This document shows positions 49,561 through 63,200 of a stretch of DNA of 64,000 bases, piece after piece. Made by a program: the position numbers and the translations under genes. The notes beneath the pieces were generated by a model. It was not told where the DNA came from. It worked only from the letters and a program-made list of their open reading frames with translations, and made no database searches. Numbering within the stretch: position 1 is the stretch's first letter; each line of letters opens with the position of its first letter. The DNA comes from Ophelia neglecta (Eukaryota): positions 32,054,001 through 32,118,000 of the forward strand of contig OZ260667.1 in the NCBI GenBank assembly GCA_965285935.1. The letters run 5' to 3'.

Positions 49561-51870
49561 AACGGTTTATCGATAGACTGAGAGGATAGGGATTGGCCTG
49601 ATTGGGATACAGCGCAAAGTGAAATCTTAGCATATACTGGTAAGCATATTGATCTAATGTTTACTCGTCTGATTCGTATTTAGCCGCAGGCCAGGAAGTG
49701 ACGTCATTTTGACGTCCAGCGTCTGAGACGCAGGCGATGCTATGTCCGTAAAGGAATCCATTATCGCCCAGCAGGAAGTATGGCTATTGGCTTTCCATAG
49801 GATAAGCGTATAAAACCGATAAAAGCAAACAGTTTAATTCGTTAATTTCTATCTGTTTAACGGTACCATGATTGTCTTAATAAATAGCAATCACTTATAG
49901 TTTCATTAAAATTGCAAAATGATTATATCCAGGGATAATTTATTTTCATGCCAGCTTAATAACTTATGGCTGTGCCTAATTAGGTTTCTGTTAGTAACAT
50001 GACATTTGCCTGAGTCGGTCGATGACACATTTATTCCCATAAGTCAGGATAATTAACATTTCATGATGGGGAGTATATTTTCCCTGACATTAGGGGAAAA
50101 TTTATTACTTTAGAAATACATGCAGATTTCAGTTCCTCGTAAACCAATTTATTATCATGCCGGTATTATTGTAGGGACTTGTAGATCTAGACAGGGGACA
50201 TGGGAGAGAAGTGGATAAGAACCTTACATTTTACTTCACAAAATAGCTCCTAAGACCCTAGTGAACATTCTAAGAACCAGGGCCAAAAAGTCAGTCTTTG
50301 GGCGGAAACTCCCCCTCCCCTACCCGCCCCGCCATTGGTCCCGTGATATATAATGATTTCTTGACATCTAATAGATAAATGTGACCATTACAAATCACGT
50401 AATTTATACGTCTTTATAATTAAACCCTTTGTGGCTGCATCTGATTAGGATACTTTTAAGATCTTGTCAACACTAGCCTTTTTATTATCTGTTTGTGCTA
50501 ATTCCTAAAAAAATGCCAGAGAATATGTCGGGAAGTGTTCTCGTGTATGTTAATATGTGCCTACTAGAAGGCGTTAGATTTGAGGTACACTACTTTGACA
50601 TTACGTACAACTTTATTTAGCTAGGTATTTCGGGCTTACAAAATATATGAAAAATAATGTTTAGGACTCTCCTAATAAGTTTTAAAATTGTGCTTATCAT
50701 ATAGTGAGAAAGCCGTATACACATTCACTTAACATAAGCCAAACGCTTTAACTGTTGATTGCGAGATTTTCAGAACGCCACCACCTTAATTACAATACAA
50801 TTTTGTGGCAGTGATTAATATTTCCAATTTACCCATAGCTGCTAAACACACCATATTGGACGTGTCCCCGCGAGTAACATGTGCCGGCTTGTTTTCTTCA
50901 AATTACGTAGTTGTAAATTGCCTGCATGTCGATTACAATGAATCAGACAGTCAGATTAATTTAGTAAGATTTGTGTTTTTAAAAATGTATAAAGTCTAGC
51001 CCATGCAGTTAGATTAAAGTGATGGTTTTTATGCTAAATTGAACTATTAAACTGTTTTCGTATGCATTATTGCACTTGTTAAATGTTGTTGTTTAATTAA
51101 GTTTAAGTCATATGTTCGCATAAAAGTCTTTTAATATCACTTTCTTGTTTTTGAGCAAATGTCAACCCCAAGGATTAGCCTAATTTTGTTTCATATGAAC
51201 CACCTTCGGTTATCCTGATTGTAGAGGAGACCATTAGTCCAAATTTTCTAGATCTTGTTGTTATTCTTTAAAATTTCTAGACAACAACAAAAGGCTGAAT
51301 CGCGATTCATTTTCCCAAATGTAATCGATGCGTCCTCATTAAAAGGGAAGGTTGCTGATAATACGAATCCGTTATGAACTGAAGTTCAGCTCTTTTATTT
51401 CAAGCCTTATAGTAGACATGTCATCATGTATGTACTGTATATGATTTGGCTATTTGTAAGAACTAAAAAACTTAATGAAGCCACGATTACTTCAAAATCA
51501 ACATGTATATATATTGTTTTAATTTCATTATGGCTTGATTAGCATATGAATGACATTTCAGATGATAAGTAATGGTCACATTGGAAACCTCATTTATATT
51601 TCATCATGCCACAAGAAATAATACTGTCGTGCACGATCGGAAGTCAGGTGCCTTTTGTTAAATGGAATTTCCATTCTGACAACAGCAAGCAGACCCAATA
51701 TTGATTTAAATTTTGCTAAATTAGGACACAAGGTAGTCTGTATTAACAATGATTATATAATTGGCACAATTAAGATCAAGGCCCATGACTTCAAATAGGA
51801 CCCCAGACTGATACTAAAAGGTATTCAGGATCCTTTTAAAATCTAATTATGTCCACACTTCATAAGGTTT

Positions 51871-52250
51871 TTAGCGATATTCAGTTGCTTTATTCTTTGA
51901 ACAAAGATAATTATTATATTTCTGCTTTAGGGAAGCCCACATTGATTGTTCACGTTTCCCAGAAATTTGCGCCAAATTAGCGACATAAATTGTTTTAGGC
52001 GAAAATAGATCCAGCCTTATATCCCCCGGATTTTCCTGTAGCTGATAATCCTGACAAGATTTCATGTCGGTTTTGAACATTGTGTTCAATTATGAATAAC
52101 TGATTAAGAAGACGAATACAGATAACTCATTAAAATGTGTTACTACAAGAACTGGGGTAGCACTGTGTTGAGTCTTATTGATCCATGGATGTTAGACATC
52201 GTCATACGCTTAATACATTTCGCTGTTACACAGTACAGGCATTTATTATA
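51871..52250 (-). mobile_element. Decayed DDE transposase C-half (ISL2EU-like relic)
   Basis: ORF 51871..52089 reads PGDIRLD (cf. PGD.VLAD) and LKQKY. Confidence 0.5.
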
Positions 52251-55119
52251 CTGCCTTCCACATTATAAATGTGTGCCATTTCGTATGAGGTTTATTTCAT
52301 ACTGATTTTTAAATGATGAATCTATAGACTGACAAGCCTTTACTCAAATGAGATGAGGAAAATAAGCAACCAGTTTTTGATATGAGCTATGATTGTAATG
52401 TCATATATCCTCATTTTCAGCTACAAAGCAGAGAAGATAATATCCTGGAACAAACTATGAGTGGTTAAGTGATGGGAAAATTATTGTGCATGTCACTTGT
52501 TCAGTCACATTTTGACTATGGTGCTAAATTTTGGTGATTTGGTTTTAGTTACAAAGTACACTAAAGATAGATTGCAAGGTGCTCAGAACAAAAATGTAAG
52601 CTTAATTTTAAATCGTGAATGTAGGGCACATGTTGGTAATCCTCTTTTTAAGGATCTATCTATTTTGCCATGTACTTTATAAGTGTACAAGTAAAACTTA
52701 CTTTCTTTGCCTGTTGACTTAATAATTGACACAGGTTTGTTGTATGGCGATGGTAGTATATTATGTTTATTATGTAGGTGCTAAATATGGTTTTGGAGGA
52801 ATTATTGTATGCATAGCCATGGAACCACCATGGAAATAAGTTACCACTGTGACTGTCCGGTGCTATCCTTTTAACTGTGATGCAAGTTTAGTCCGGCCTG
52901 TGACATTAAGTCATGCATTATGTGCAATGTCATTTTATACTATACTTATATTTTTGTTGTTTACAGTGAATAAACTTAACTAAACTTAACTATATACTTT
53001 CAATTTTGGAAAATAATATTATTGGAAGACAAGAGCAACCTTTACTTGCTACATGGTATAAACACACAATAAAACTGTTGAAACAACCGAGTGTGCGAAC
53101 TTAAAGTAGAAGTACAGACTCTTCAACTTTTAGTGGTGTCAAGCTGCATTTCAAAATGATTTCCCAGAATCATAAATCTTTGCCCAACATTCACGTGATA
53201 ACTACCATTAGTGTCATGAGCGATAATTTGTGCACGACTCAGACTTTATTTGGTGGTTTGATATTAATTTTCACCTGCAATGATAGGTCATATGTGTTGG
53301 TTTGGGGTCAACGTATTCCGTGATTAAACTGAGTCGCCAAACTAGGGTTCAGGTCTACACACACAAAAACTAGCTTAATTACAATGGATTTCTATATCAA
53401 ACTGGATTATTAATATAACGGTAATGGCATCGAAATGGTAAGGGCAGAGGTACTAGTACCAGTCACGGCATAATCTGAATAATAACCCAATTTGATTAAT
53501 TAAAATATCACCGGAATTAGATCGACTCTTTTCACAGTATGTTGTGTCAGTGTGGATTTGACTACGGCCTATCGTTATAACTTAAAAATAAGGGTTATTA
53601 TGAAATTGCGAGTTAAAATCTTTAAGCATAAGATAGTAAACTGCTGGGTTGTAGCCGTCCCAAATGATCAAACATTAGAAATTCAGCCTAAAACATATGG
53701 AAAACATATTAAGTATTTTCTTATTTAGCCTACAAAATATTTTTTTAGGATTGAGCAAACAGTGTAGCCCTGCGGAGGTCTTTGTAAGTAAAGTTTCTTA
53801 TTTTTCAAAAGGCTGATTACGGATTTGGGCTTCAACTGCATCGGGCAAACCGGACACCATTATCCAGTTAATAATAATCGACACAAAGACATACTGCTGG
53901 TTTTAATTCGAGATCATTCATGTTTAAATTGTCAGTTTTAATCCGATTTCAAACACAAGTCTTATCTGATTAAGTTCAGACCCGTTCGGTAATTAAGTCA
54001 CCTTTCTCATGGAACACAATGGCTTACATTAGTTAAGTGGATTCTCGCTCCGTCTATTTTCACATGTTCGACCATTGATAATGAACTCTTAAAGTTTAAC
54101 TAGAGCTATATTGCAATTAATTTTATTGCGTGCCCATTTAAGTTCATAAAATGGTTTACAAGCTTTTGCGAATTGTTCTGTGATTTATAGTGTTGTCACA
54201 TCGTTGCGTAGATGTCCATGAGTATTATGGAGTAATTAGAACCTTGTAGAATGAAGCCTTCTTGACATAGTTTGTGTAGTTCTTAATTTATGCATAAAAA
54301 GACCTACATTAAACGTGTATTGGTTGAATTTAGATGGTTTGAAGTGAGCACTTTCTTCAGTGTGTTTTTTTTATCGAAGGTCACTTATTGGTTCCGCGAG
54401 TTATATCACACAGACTGAGAAACATTGTTGTCAATATTACAGTGATTAGATATAGATTACACCAACTTCAATTTATGACTAAGCGTTATTATCTTTACCT
54501 GACGCAGACTATCATACTTTTTTGTTTTTATTCTTACACCAAATTTAAAAAAGGATGAAATAAACGAAAAAAAATCACAGTCACAGCATCCGCAAACAGA
54601 AAAATAAAACAGAAAACATATGTTTGTGCCTTATAGGCTAATACAGAGAAAGAAAGGCGAATTTTAATGTGGTAAGATATTTATAAAAATTATACTTCGA
54701 TCGATATTTCAACGGGACACGCCCGCCGTTTTCAGGGTACATAGAAGAAATATGTCTCAAATGACATTTGAAAATGTTTTAACATGTACTTATATATTAC
54801 AATACTAATTATATTCTTGGGATTCTTGCAACCAAGAAATTAGCCTTATTGGCTAGAGCCTTCACAGTTCATAATAGGTTAGCTTAGTTACTGTGTACTA
54901 ATGCAATATTCATAAGCAGGCCTAATTTTCTAATTCTTTCGAATGTATGGGGATCTGTTTTATTTAGTAAATTAATTATTCAAACATAGTTTTTGGGGGC
55001 CTCACTAGGCCCTTTTGACAGACCTGTTGTTTGTTTGATATGCTTGGAATAGCACAGTGTTTTGTTTTATTAATATCAATGAATGTAGCAGAACTGTCAA
55101 CTTTTTATTTGCCGACCCT

Positions 55120-55400
55120 TTATAGAATGCCACGCCACCTCAACGAGTGTATATCCACACCAAACAGTCTGAACTGCAATCATATAGCCTAGGACAAGGA
55201 GGAACCATTCACCCTATCCCATGTCCATCCCTACATCCTACGTGAATGTCATACAACTCCAATCCCTCGGGCCAACATTAGCGTTATAAAACTGGATTGC
55301 AACCCAACCAATTCCAATATCTCCGCTATAGCTATACTACCAATTCGTTCTCAGCATAGTTCCACTTTTCCTAAGTGCAACAATACACTAAAAGGTATGG
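55120..55400 (+). mobile_element. Possible LINE ORF2 C-terminal zinc-knuckle fragment
   Basis: C/A-rich strand bias. YILRECHTTPIPR (cf. HIL.ECP.Y...R). Confidence 0.3.
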
Positions 55401-55769
55401 ACCTAATTTCCCCTAGCCCCCCCCCCCCCCCCCCCGGGCTATCACATGTTTAATTATGTATACCCATGCTGATGCAATATTACCACTACAACCTTCTTAA
55501 TAACACCCGCATGCAACCTTTATCAGATATCACCCTACTCTCACCTCAGTCCCTACTCCCCTCCCCTCCCCCCTCCCCCTCTACGTAACCCACCTCAATC
55601 AAGAATTCGGTCTTTCCATTTTAAACAGGATGTGGATATTAAATAAATTGTATAAATTCCCTAGGGCAAAAGACAATTGGTAGAGAGTTTTAGATTTTTC
55701 ATGCGTGTGCGTCCAAGAACCGTGGGGCCAAGCCAACCAGGCAAAAATGACCCCTCTGAGGTGCTCATA

Positions 55770-56095
55770 CAGTCCTGCGGCACATTTTATGTAAACTTTA
55801 TCTCAAGGCTGGCTGGGCCCCACGTGACGAGGATGGACATGTGAGAAAATTTGAAACTCTCTACCATCTGCCTTTTTGTGCTTTGACTTCTTCGTTCATA
55901 GCTGATCAAACCGAGAATGTCAATTGACATTGGGAGACACCTGAATATATCAGTGACACCGATCTGATCGACCATATTCGTTTCCGACTCCAATCGATCT
56001 CATCCACTGATCACATTTGTGCCGGGTGTGGTAAATTATTGCTTGGCAAACAACAATGGTCTGAGGACTACATGGGTCAATTAGAAATATTGACA
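55770..56095 (-). mobile_element. Decayed DDE transposase C-half (ISL2EU-like relic)
   Basis: FLIDPCSPQ (cf. FLIGITPQ), and KRQMVESFKFSHMSILV...IKF (cf. K.QL..VE.R.LS.VRIHV...KF). Confidence 0.55.
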
Positions 56096-56954
56096 GAAAA
56101 AAAAGACTATTGTGCATATATTCCGATTTTAACGAAAAGCCCCAAACTGTTTATAATGTGATTACAACTGATAATGAAAACTTTTAAACTAAACATAGAA
56201 AAGATAATCGAAACAAATGATGTAACTGGTGTACAGATTTAGCCCCCAAGCATGCCTAAATGGTGTATTCTAGAAATAAAATAGATGGATTTTAAATAGG
56301 AAAGACCAACGCAGAAAGACAAGACGTTTCTTATTGGTTTAACGAAAAATTACGACCTTGAAGTTTGGCATTGACCTTAAAAACTAGAGCCAGCACCAAT
56401 GCAATCGCATACACATTATTTATTATATTGTGTACCTTGCATATTGGGCGTAATGGATGTGGGTGGCTTTGCTATATTGCAATTTCGCAAACAGAAGGAT
56501 GTAAACACATTTTGCTGTCTTCTTTCAGGAATGACTTTAACAATCAACTAGTACAGGTCAAAATTCACATTTGTGTCTTTTTCGGGTTAAAAGTAATGCG
56601 CAAAGTGGAATATATTTAATTCCGGGTTGGCCAAAAAAAGTACTACCTTTATATTCACCGCAGACCCTACATGGTTAAAAAGAAATAGCCGGGGGAATAT
56701 GAACAAATACACTTTCTGAGCAAAAACTCCTTTCCATGTGTGTCAATTCTGGTAATTTGATTTGGGCTCAGAGGCTTGATTTTTTGTTTTGCCAAAAAAA
56801 GGGAGAAAAAAAAAACAAACAAATCAGGGGCCCTTGATCTCATTTCAATCAGTGATTTATTGTCTATTTATTCTGGCCAATAATAAAAGTGTGTGTTAGA
56901 ATTGAAGGCATCGGATCTCGATTCCTCCTTAATATAGGACGATCCATGAAAACA

Positions 56955-57560
56955 AGACCCTTGGAAGGAGCCCTGGTGAGTGAATCAACAGTGTAGTTAG
57001 TTGCAAAGCTCAAAATGAACATTTAAAATTCAAATGATTATTAAACAATCAGACATGTATATAGGATATTCTACAACCAAAACAAACAATATGCCAATGA
57101 AAGTGTGTAAAATTCGCCTTTAGAGGATTAATTATCTTAGAGCGCTATGAAAATATTACAATATTTACTGAATGTGATTTAGAGATTATAAAGCTAACCA
57201 CATTTTTGTGACTGTCCTGGGAGGGCTAAAATCAACATTTGTTGGACCCCATGACAGTTGTGACATGAAAGTTGACACAGTTTTAAACCTTGTCAAGTGG
57301 TCGGAGACGCTGATAAGCCATGCCCTGAATGATAAACACTTTTATACTGTCTACTGGTGTCAAACTAGTACACCTATCAGGTATGGTAGATGTCGTAAAA
57401 TGTGTTAATACTGGTGAATATTTATCGTTGCCTGTTCGTGGCTTATCTAGACGATCTTATGGCTTTCGTCAAATATAAATATCGACAGAAAACAGCACAC
57501 ATGTCGACCGGGGTAGTTAAACTATCAAATGCAAAATAAGTGAGTGATTTTGCAATTATT
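56955..57560 (+). mobile_element. Decayed HTH-DDE transposase (ISL2EU-like relic)
   Basis: RP...AKLKMN...VYRIF, GG, LNDKHF (cf. LADKGF) and HVDR (57500). Confidence 0.55.
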
Positions 57561-58439
57561 AGGCCCAACACTCTCCTCCCTAGCTCCATCACACAGCCTT
57601 GGCATATTAACTTAATATAGAAACTATTTGGTCGTCCTCCCTACAGTACGATACTCATCTATTCTCATCCCGCCGTCAACTTTCCTCTGCTTAGACCCCG
57701 CATCCTCTTTCTTTTCACCCCAAATGCACTAACATACTCCACTTGAAGCCAAATATCGCCTCGCTATCTGTGTTTTATGTTTGTTTTGTCGCCACCATCC
57801 TCTGTCCAAAGAGCATTCTCTATGCCCCGTGGGCGCTCCATCCCACCACACACCCCTGACAACCGTCTCAGACTTTAGCCCAACTTGGAACTCTTTTTCT
57901 GTTTTATAATTCACACAAAATATCACTCTCACCACAATAATGACACTTTTTACTCATCAGGGCTACATACTGATTTATTCGTATCTTTAACGCAACCAAC
58001 ACCAAAACTATCATAGACCGCAAATTGCTCCGTTTATCTTTGAACCCTCAAGTTTACCAGACCAAACCTCGTCACCCTTCGCTCTCCTCTGCCAAACCTG
58101 TCCTCATAATCCACTTTACATCCAGCGCTAGGACTTGTTTGTGAATAGCACATGAGCACAGCCATCGATCAATGGGACCCCGGTTCCTCCATCGATCGCT
58201 AATCTGTGGATAAATACCGTAATGTTATCCTCACTGGTTGTCCATTCAGCTGATCAACAATAGGATCAATTACGTAATCAATATAATGAGCTGACCCTGG
58301 GTATGACCCCTTTACAGACACGGTGTTCTCACCCGTTACTTAACGTACAGGACCAACCACAGATGTGACATGGGACGACCAACATCCAAATCCATCGATT
58401 TTTCTTCATAAGAACATTTTGCTTCAATGACCGAAAGTA

Positions 58440-58612
58440 CAGTGTAAGTTGCCTTAAAGACCATCTCTTTTAAGACTGCCCGTCAATGCAGACCACTTAT
58501 ACGAAAACCATACTGTATATTATCAATGTAAAATAACCTGTCTACATGGACCACCTCCACAATCCGACCTGTATTTCCAGTCCAATGGTTGGTCTCAATT
58601 CAGTTTTCACTG
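58440..58612. mobile_element. Tc1/mariner-pogo type MITE
   Basis: TA|CAGTG...AGACCA at the left and TGGTCT...CACTG|TA at the right. Internal GACCAC repeats and a TA TSD. Confidence 0.7.
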
Positions 58613-59173
58613 TATATTATCTTTCCGATTTGTAATAAATGGCCAACAATTGGCCCATCACTTTCTGAGAATTAAGTGAAATGTGAAATGACAATGGGGA
58701 ATAAAGGACCCACAAATAGATGACTTGGAATCGGGGGGGGGGGGGGGGGGGGTATAGGAGATGTTTGAAAAAGGGTTTGTCGTCCATATTTCCTAGGTAA
58801 ACTGTGTGTTTCCCAATTAATGGCAGACAAAAAATTATTTGTTTTAGATTAATTTGGTAACAATTAAGACTTGCAATCTTATGCTGCGTCAAGCGACTTG
58901 GCAAGGAAAAATTCATACCCTCGACCAGATTGTATCACCCTAACCTACCCACATTTCCTGGTGTCCTTTATTCCCTTGTAGCGTAATATATAAGGGTCTC
59001 AGAGCAGGGAAGTATCACCCCAGGGATAGCATGTCCTCCTCGCCTCTTACCCAACCCCCGTCACAAGGTAGGCCGACCACCTGTTATGTGTCAATGGACA
59101 TAACCGTTAAACACAACTTGCAATTGCCCATCTAGTAATAAGGGCTTACATTTTTCTGTGATGGTGTTATTTG

Positions 59174-60250
59174 CTAGCCATATGAATACCTGTGGACAGA
59201 TTGGACCGTGTTGTCTATAGGAGTCTCTTCCGGCATTGTGTGTCTGCTCATGACACTATCAACGTTTACAATATCCGATCGAAGATCAAGACAAAAAGAA
59301 AAAGTTATACATGATTCATAATGGTTAATGGGGCATACGGCCCCTGAGCATGTCTCGCTCGCTTCTTCATTATTGTTAAATCCTCTATTGTCGTTATCAT
59401 CTATTTTTAACGAATGATATTCGAACAGAGAGGGAGACATGTTAAAGCAATTAAGCTTTGTGTCACCAATAATGCCATTATATCCTCAGATTGATCCTTC
59501 AAATGAAGGAAAAACTGATGAAGTCAAGTCACAATGGGTGTTCCAAAATGTATTACTTGATAAAACCTAGTCATATAGTCTAAAGTGTCAATTAAGGCAT
59601 GATTTTTTTCATTAAAGTATTTGAATTGGGTTTATTAGTTCGAGACATCCGAGCTTCCCTGAGTCGAGCTCTTAATATTAATCATATACACTGTATATTA
59701 TTAATTAGAAAACGGTCACATAGGGTTATTGTCAATAAAAGCCATGTATCCATGACACTGTGGGACAAATAGAGTTCGTTGATGTGGTGGAGACAAATTT
59801 CGTTTGGATTGAGAGTGTGGAATTTCAATCTCGTGTTTTAGCTCGCCCCTCCGGTCTGAAACTGTCTGAAGTCAATGATTCGTGACATGCAGTGCAACCG
59901 GGGGAAATCAATGAAGATGGACCAGCCACGTGTTTTTTCTGGTACTGTACATGTTTATCTTTCAAAGTGACCCGATTTATTCTGGGTCGAATTTGGATCA
60001 GACCAAAACCACCGAGCAGACCGATAATGGTACTTGCATAGTCCGAATGTCTTTTATCCCGACATGTATCGTATAGATCATCGCATTACAGCTAGATTGA
60101 ACGATTTTCCAACAAATGCTCTTAGACAAAGGGGATTATTTTGTCATCGATTTTCACAGGAATTGTTTGCAGACGTACTGGGACAAGCCATGGGATTTGT
60201 TCAAAAATACTTTTGAACGAGCAGAACTGGTCATTCTAAAATGTAATTAT
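59174..60250. mobile_element. Head-to-head DDE relic (minus, 59174 to about 59500) and SWIM-YqaJ relic (plus, about 59800-60250)
   Basis: Minus ORF: DNRGFN, VNVDSVM (cf. IHVERVI) and IDNTV. Plus: TCSA.GG...SHV and HRITA. Confidence 0.5.
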
Positions 60251-63200
60251 TTGTGACATGTTTGATCTCGAACTTTTGGATTTAGCAAAACATGTGAATG
60301 CTCTTATAAGACGATCTCCAAATCTGTACATGAATCATTTTCTTTTGTCGTCTGCTTTAATGCGATTGATGTTGCCATCATTGTACAGTCCCAGCTAGAA
60401 GAAATAAAGGACGAGGAACTGCGATTTTCTCTTAGATGGTCATATCTATAAAATAGGCAAAACCTTTATTCCGTCAGTTTTTGGAAGCTTCATTTAATAT
60501 TCTGTGAATCAGTGCATGGGTTTACAAATAAATTAGTTCTAGTGTGAATTATTACACTAAGGGACAGTTATAATATTAGCAGTTGATATTGTACATAACA
60601 TTAAGCCTCATAAATATGGCTAAATGTCCTTGAAAGGAGTTTTCCTTTAAGATATTTCTCCATTTAAAGCATAACGTACATACTTATTTCAAAGTGTGCC
60701 CTAATTTTATTGTGTTGTTTTGGCACTTTTTATTTTAACGGTGCAATGTTTCTCTGAAAGGATCACATGAATATTAATGCGAGTTAAGTCGGACAAGCGA
60801 TAAATGGGTATATATATATATTCATAGAAACAAGTGCCGTTTAAAATTAATCATGATATTATTCACAGCGATTCCCCAATAAAAAAAGTTCTCGTAATGT
60901 TTAAAAACTGGTTGAATACACGGTCCGACCTGTTTTCATGAATTGACTATTGAGATAATAAACTCGGAACGGCTACCACTACCATGTACTAATAACCAAG
61001 ATCATCTGTCACTGAAACTCACACCAATATGCTGCCTTTTCAAACAATTTTGGACAATTTTAAGTGTATTATCCGCTTATTGTGTGTCAATAATAGCCGC
61101 AATACACTGCCGTGGGGCGAGCCGAATTAACATAATAAAGGTAACTGACAATGGTCCATTCAACATTAATTGTTCTCATGGCAGACGACACTGGGGACAG
61201 CTGTTGGGTGACATTGGCCCGTGTCTATTGTTGCCCTCAGTTGTCAGGTAACGCAGTGAAGCATGTTAAGGACGCTCCGTCAACCTGTCCACTCCGTAAA
61301 CCTGTCCACTCCAGCCGGTTAGATGCTTATTGGCTGTTATAAGAATTAAACTACAAGAACTGGAAGGAGGTTATAAATTTGTGTTTCTCTTACGGCCAAA
61401 TACAAAACAGTCAAGGAATATCAAAAACGAAAGCGTTTATGCGTTAAGAAAAATGCTACAATCCAGACTGCTGCGGCTTCTTTAAAAGGGACTATTTTCA
61501 TCGCAAGAGTGTGATTGCGAAAAATTACTGGAACTGTTTGTGTCTAAATAGTTTACAACTACATGTATCAAGTTTGTACTCAGCAGATGTTTGCTAAACT
61601 GTGGAGATGGACCACAAGAAAATTGATTTGCTGATGGCTTTTTGATTATATAACTAAAACTAAAAATACACATATCTGTTCAAAGACATGCGTTATGACA
61701 AGAACAACTTAATACGAACGATTTAAGGATTGATAGTAAATCGATCGATTTATTTCATCAAGGACAAATTCCCATTAGCTGTTACTTGAAAACTTGAAAT
61801 TTCAAGATTTGAATGATTGTTGATGAAATAAGAACACCTATACCGCTGCTAGAAAAACATCGAAGTTAATGTCAGCAAAGATATATATATATATAAATCT
61901 GAAAAAACTAACCATAGCACAAGGGAATGGGTAATACTGGTCTGATCACAGAGAGGTCTGTTTTACTGGTTATTTCACATTGGAAGGGTACAGTTTGGTT
62001 ATTGTATTAGTAGTCTGAATTCTAGGTGATCTGAATAAAGAGGCAGTCTCTAGACCAGGTTTCACGGTAGATACACATGACACCCATATCTCATGGTGAC
62101 CAAATGAACATATGCCTATAACATGCTGGCTCCTCTTTTTTCTATCTCTTATAAAATATATTATGTTATGATACATATAAATGAAATTTGATCTTCGATA
62201 AACTAGTCACGCTACATTTTGTTTTTAAACTTCAATCATCTACTCCTCTCTTTTTTCCCACTCACGCACCAACCCACCCACCACCCCACCCCACAAAAAT
62301 ACATGTATGATTATAAAAATAATGGAGGTTACATTGAGAGCAATGTTCGTTAGTAAAGTACAATTTGCTTTAAACTATTCTAAATCTCTTCTTTTACCAT
62401 TGTTTTAGAGTACCTTTTCAGTCTAACATTGGATTTATCGACGAACGCTATGCAATGAGCAACAAAAAATCACACCAATTTACCTTTAAGGCCACACAAT
62501 GGTGATGAGACACAGTGTTCGATCAATTTTTCAGTCCTACTGATTTATTACACTAAGTCAGATTAAAGATCAAAACTGTTTTGATAAAACAATCTCTGAG
62601 GATCTCTTGTTGGTTTTGATTTTCATCGGCATTGTTCAAAACCTTTCCTACGACGACTAACATGATCAAGTACCCTCAGAAGAAGAGTTAAACAAATAGG
62701 TCTCGACAGTTGCCTGTAATGGAAACACTCCGTACACATCGCCGCTCGGATTTTAATGTCCGTCTGTTGGTATGTTATTAAATTAAAAAGTGTTTAGTGT
62801 ATAATTGATCACGTGTGAAACTTCACACTTTGAGATGTGTTTCTATTTTAAAATGAGATTCGAACATTATTTACTCAGGACCCAGAGTAGCTTAAGGTCA
62901 TAAGAATGTAAAGTCCAAGTAAAGACAATACCGCGTTCGCTATAAAATTGTATTGTTTATAGATCAAAGGATCGTCTTTGTCATGTAAAAAAGTGGTCAT
63001 AGCCGAAAATTACTAAGGCGCTTGTCTATGTGTAAAAGTAACATTTGGAATGACAGTAAGTTTTAACATTATAAGGACAAAAGCACAATAATATTGTTAA
63101 AACTGTCTAGTTCTTAAAAACGAGTTCAGTATCTTAAAAACATATTGTATCACACATCAAAAATTGATTACCAATGAAGAAACTAAATACAGAAAAGTAC

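Noticed and set aside
57570-58130. Purine-skewed minus-strand stretch with KKCHYCGE, a possible LINE zinc knuckle
   Set aside because: Single motif only, so it was not called.
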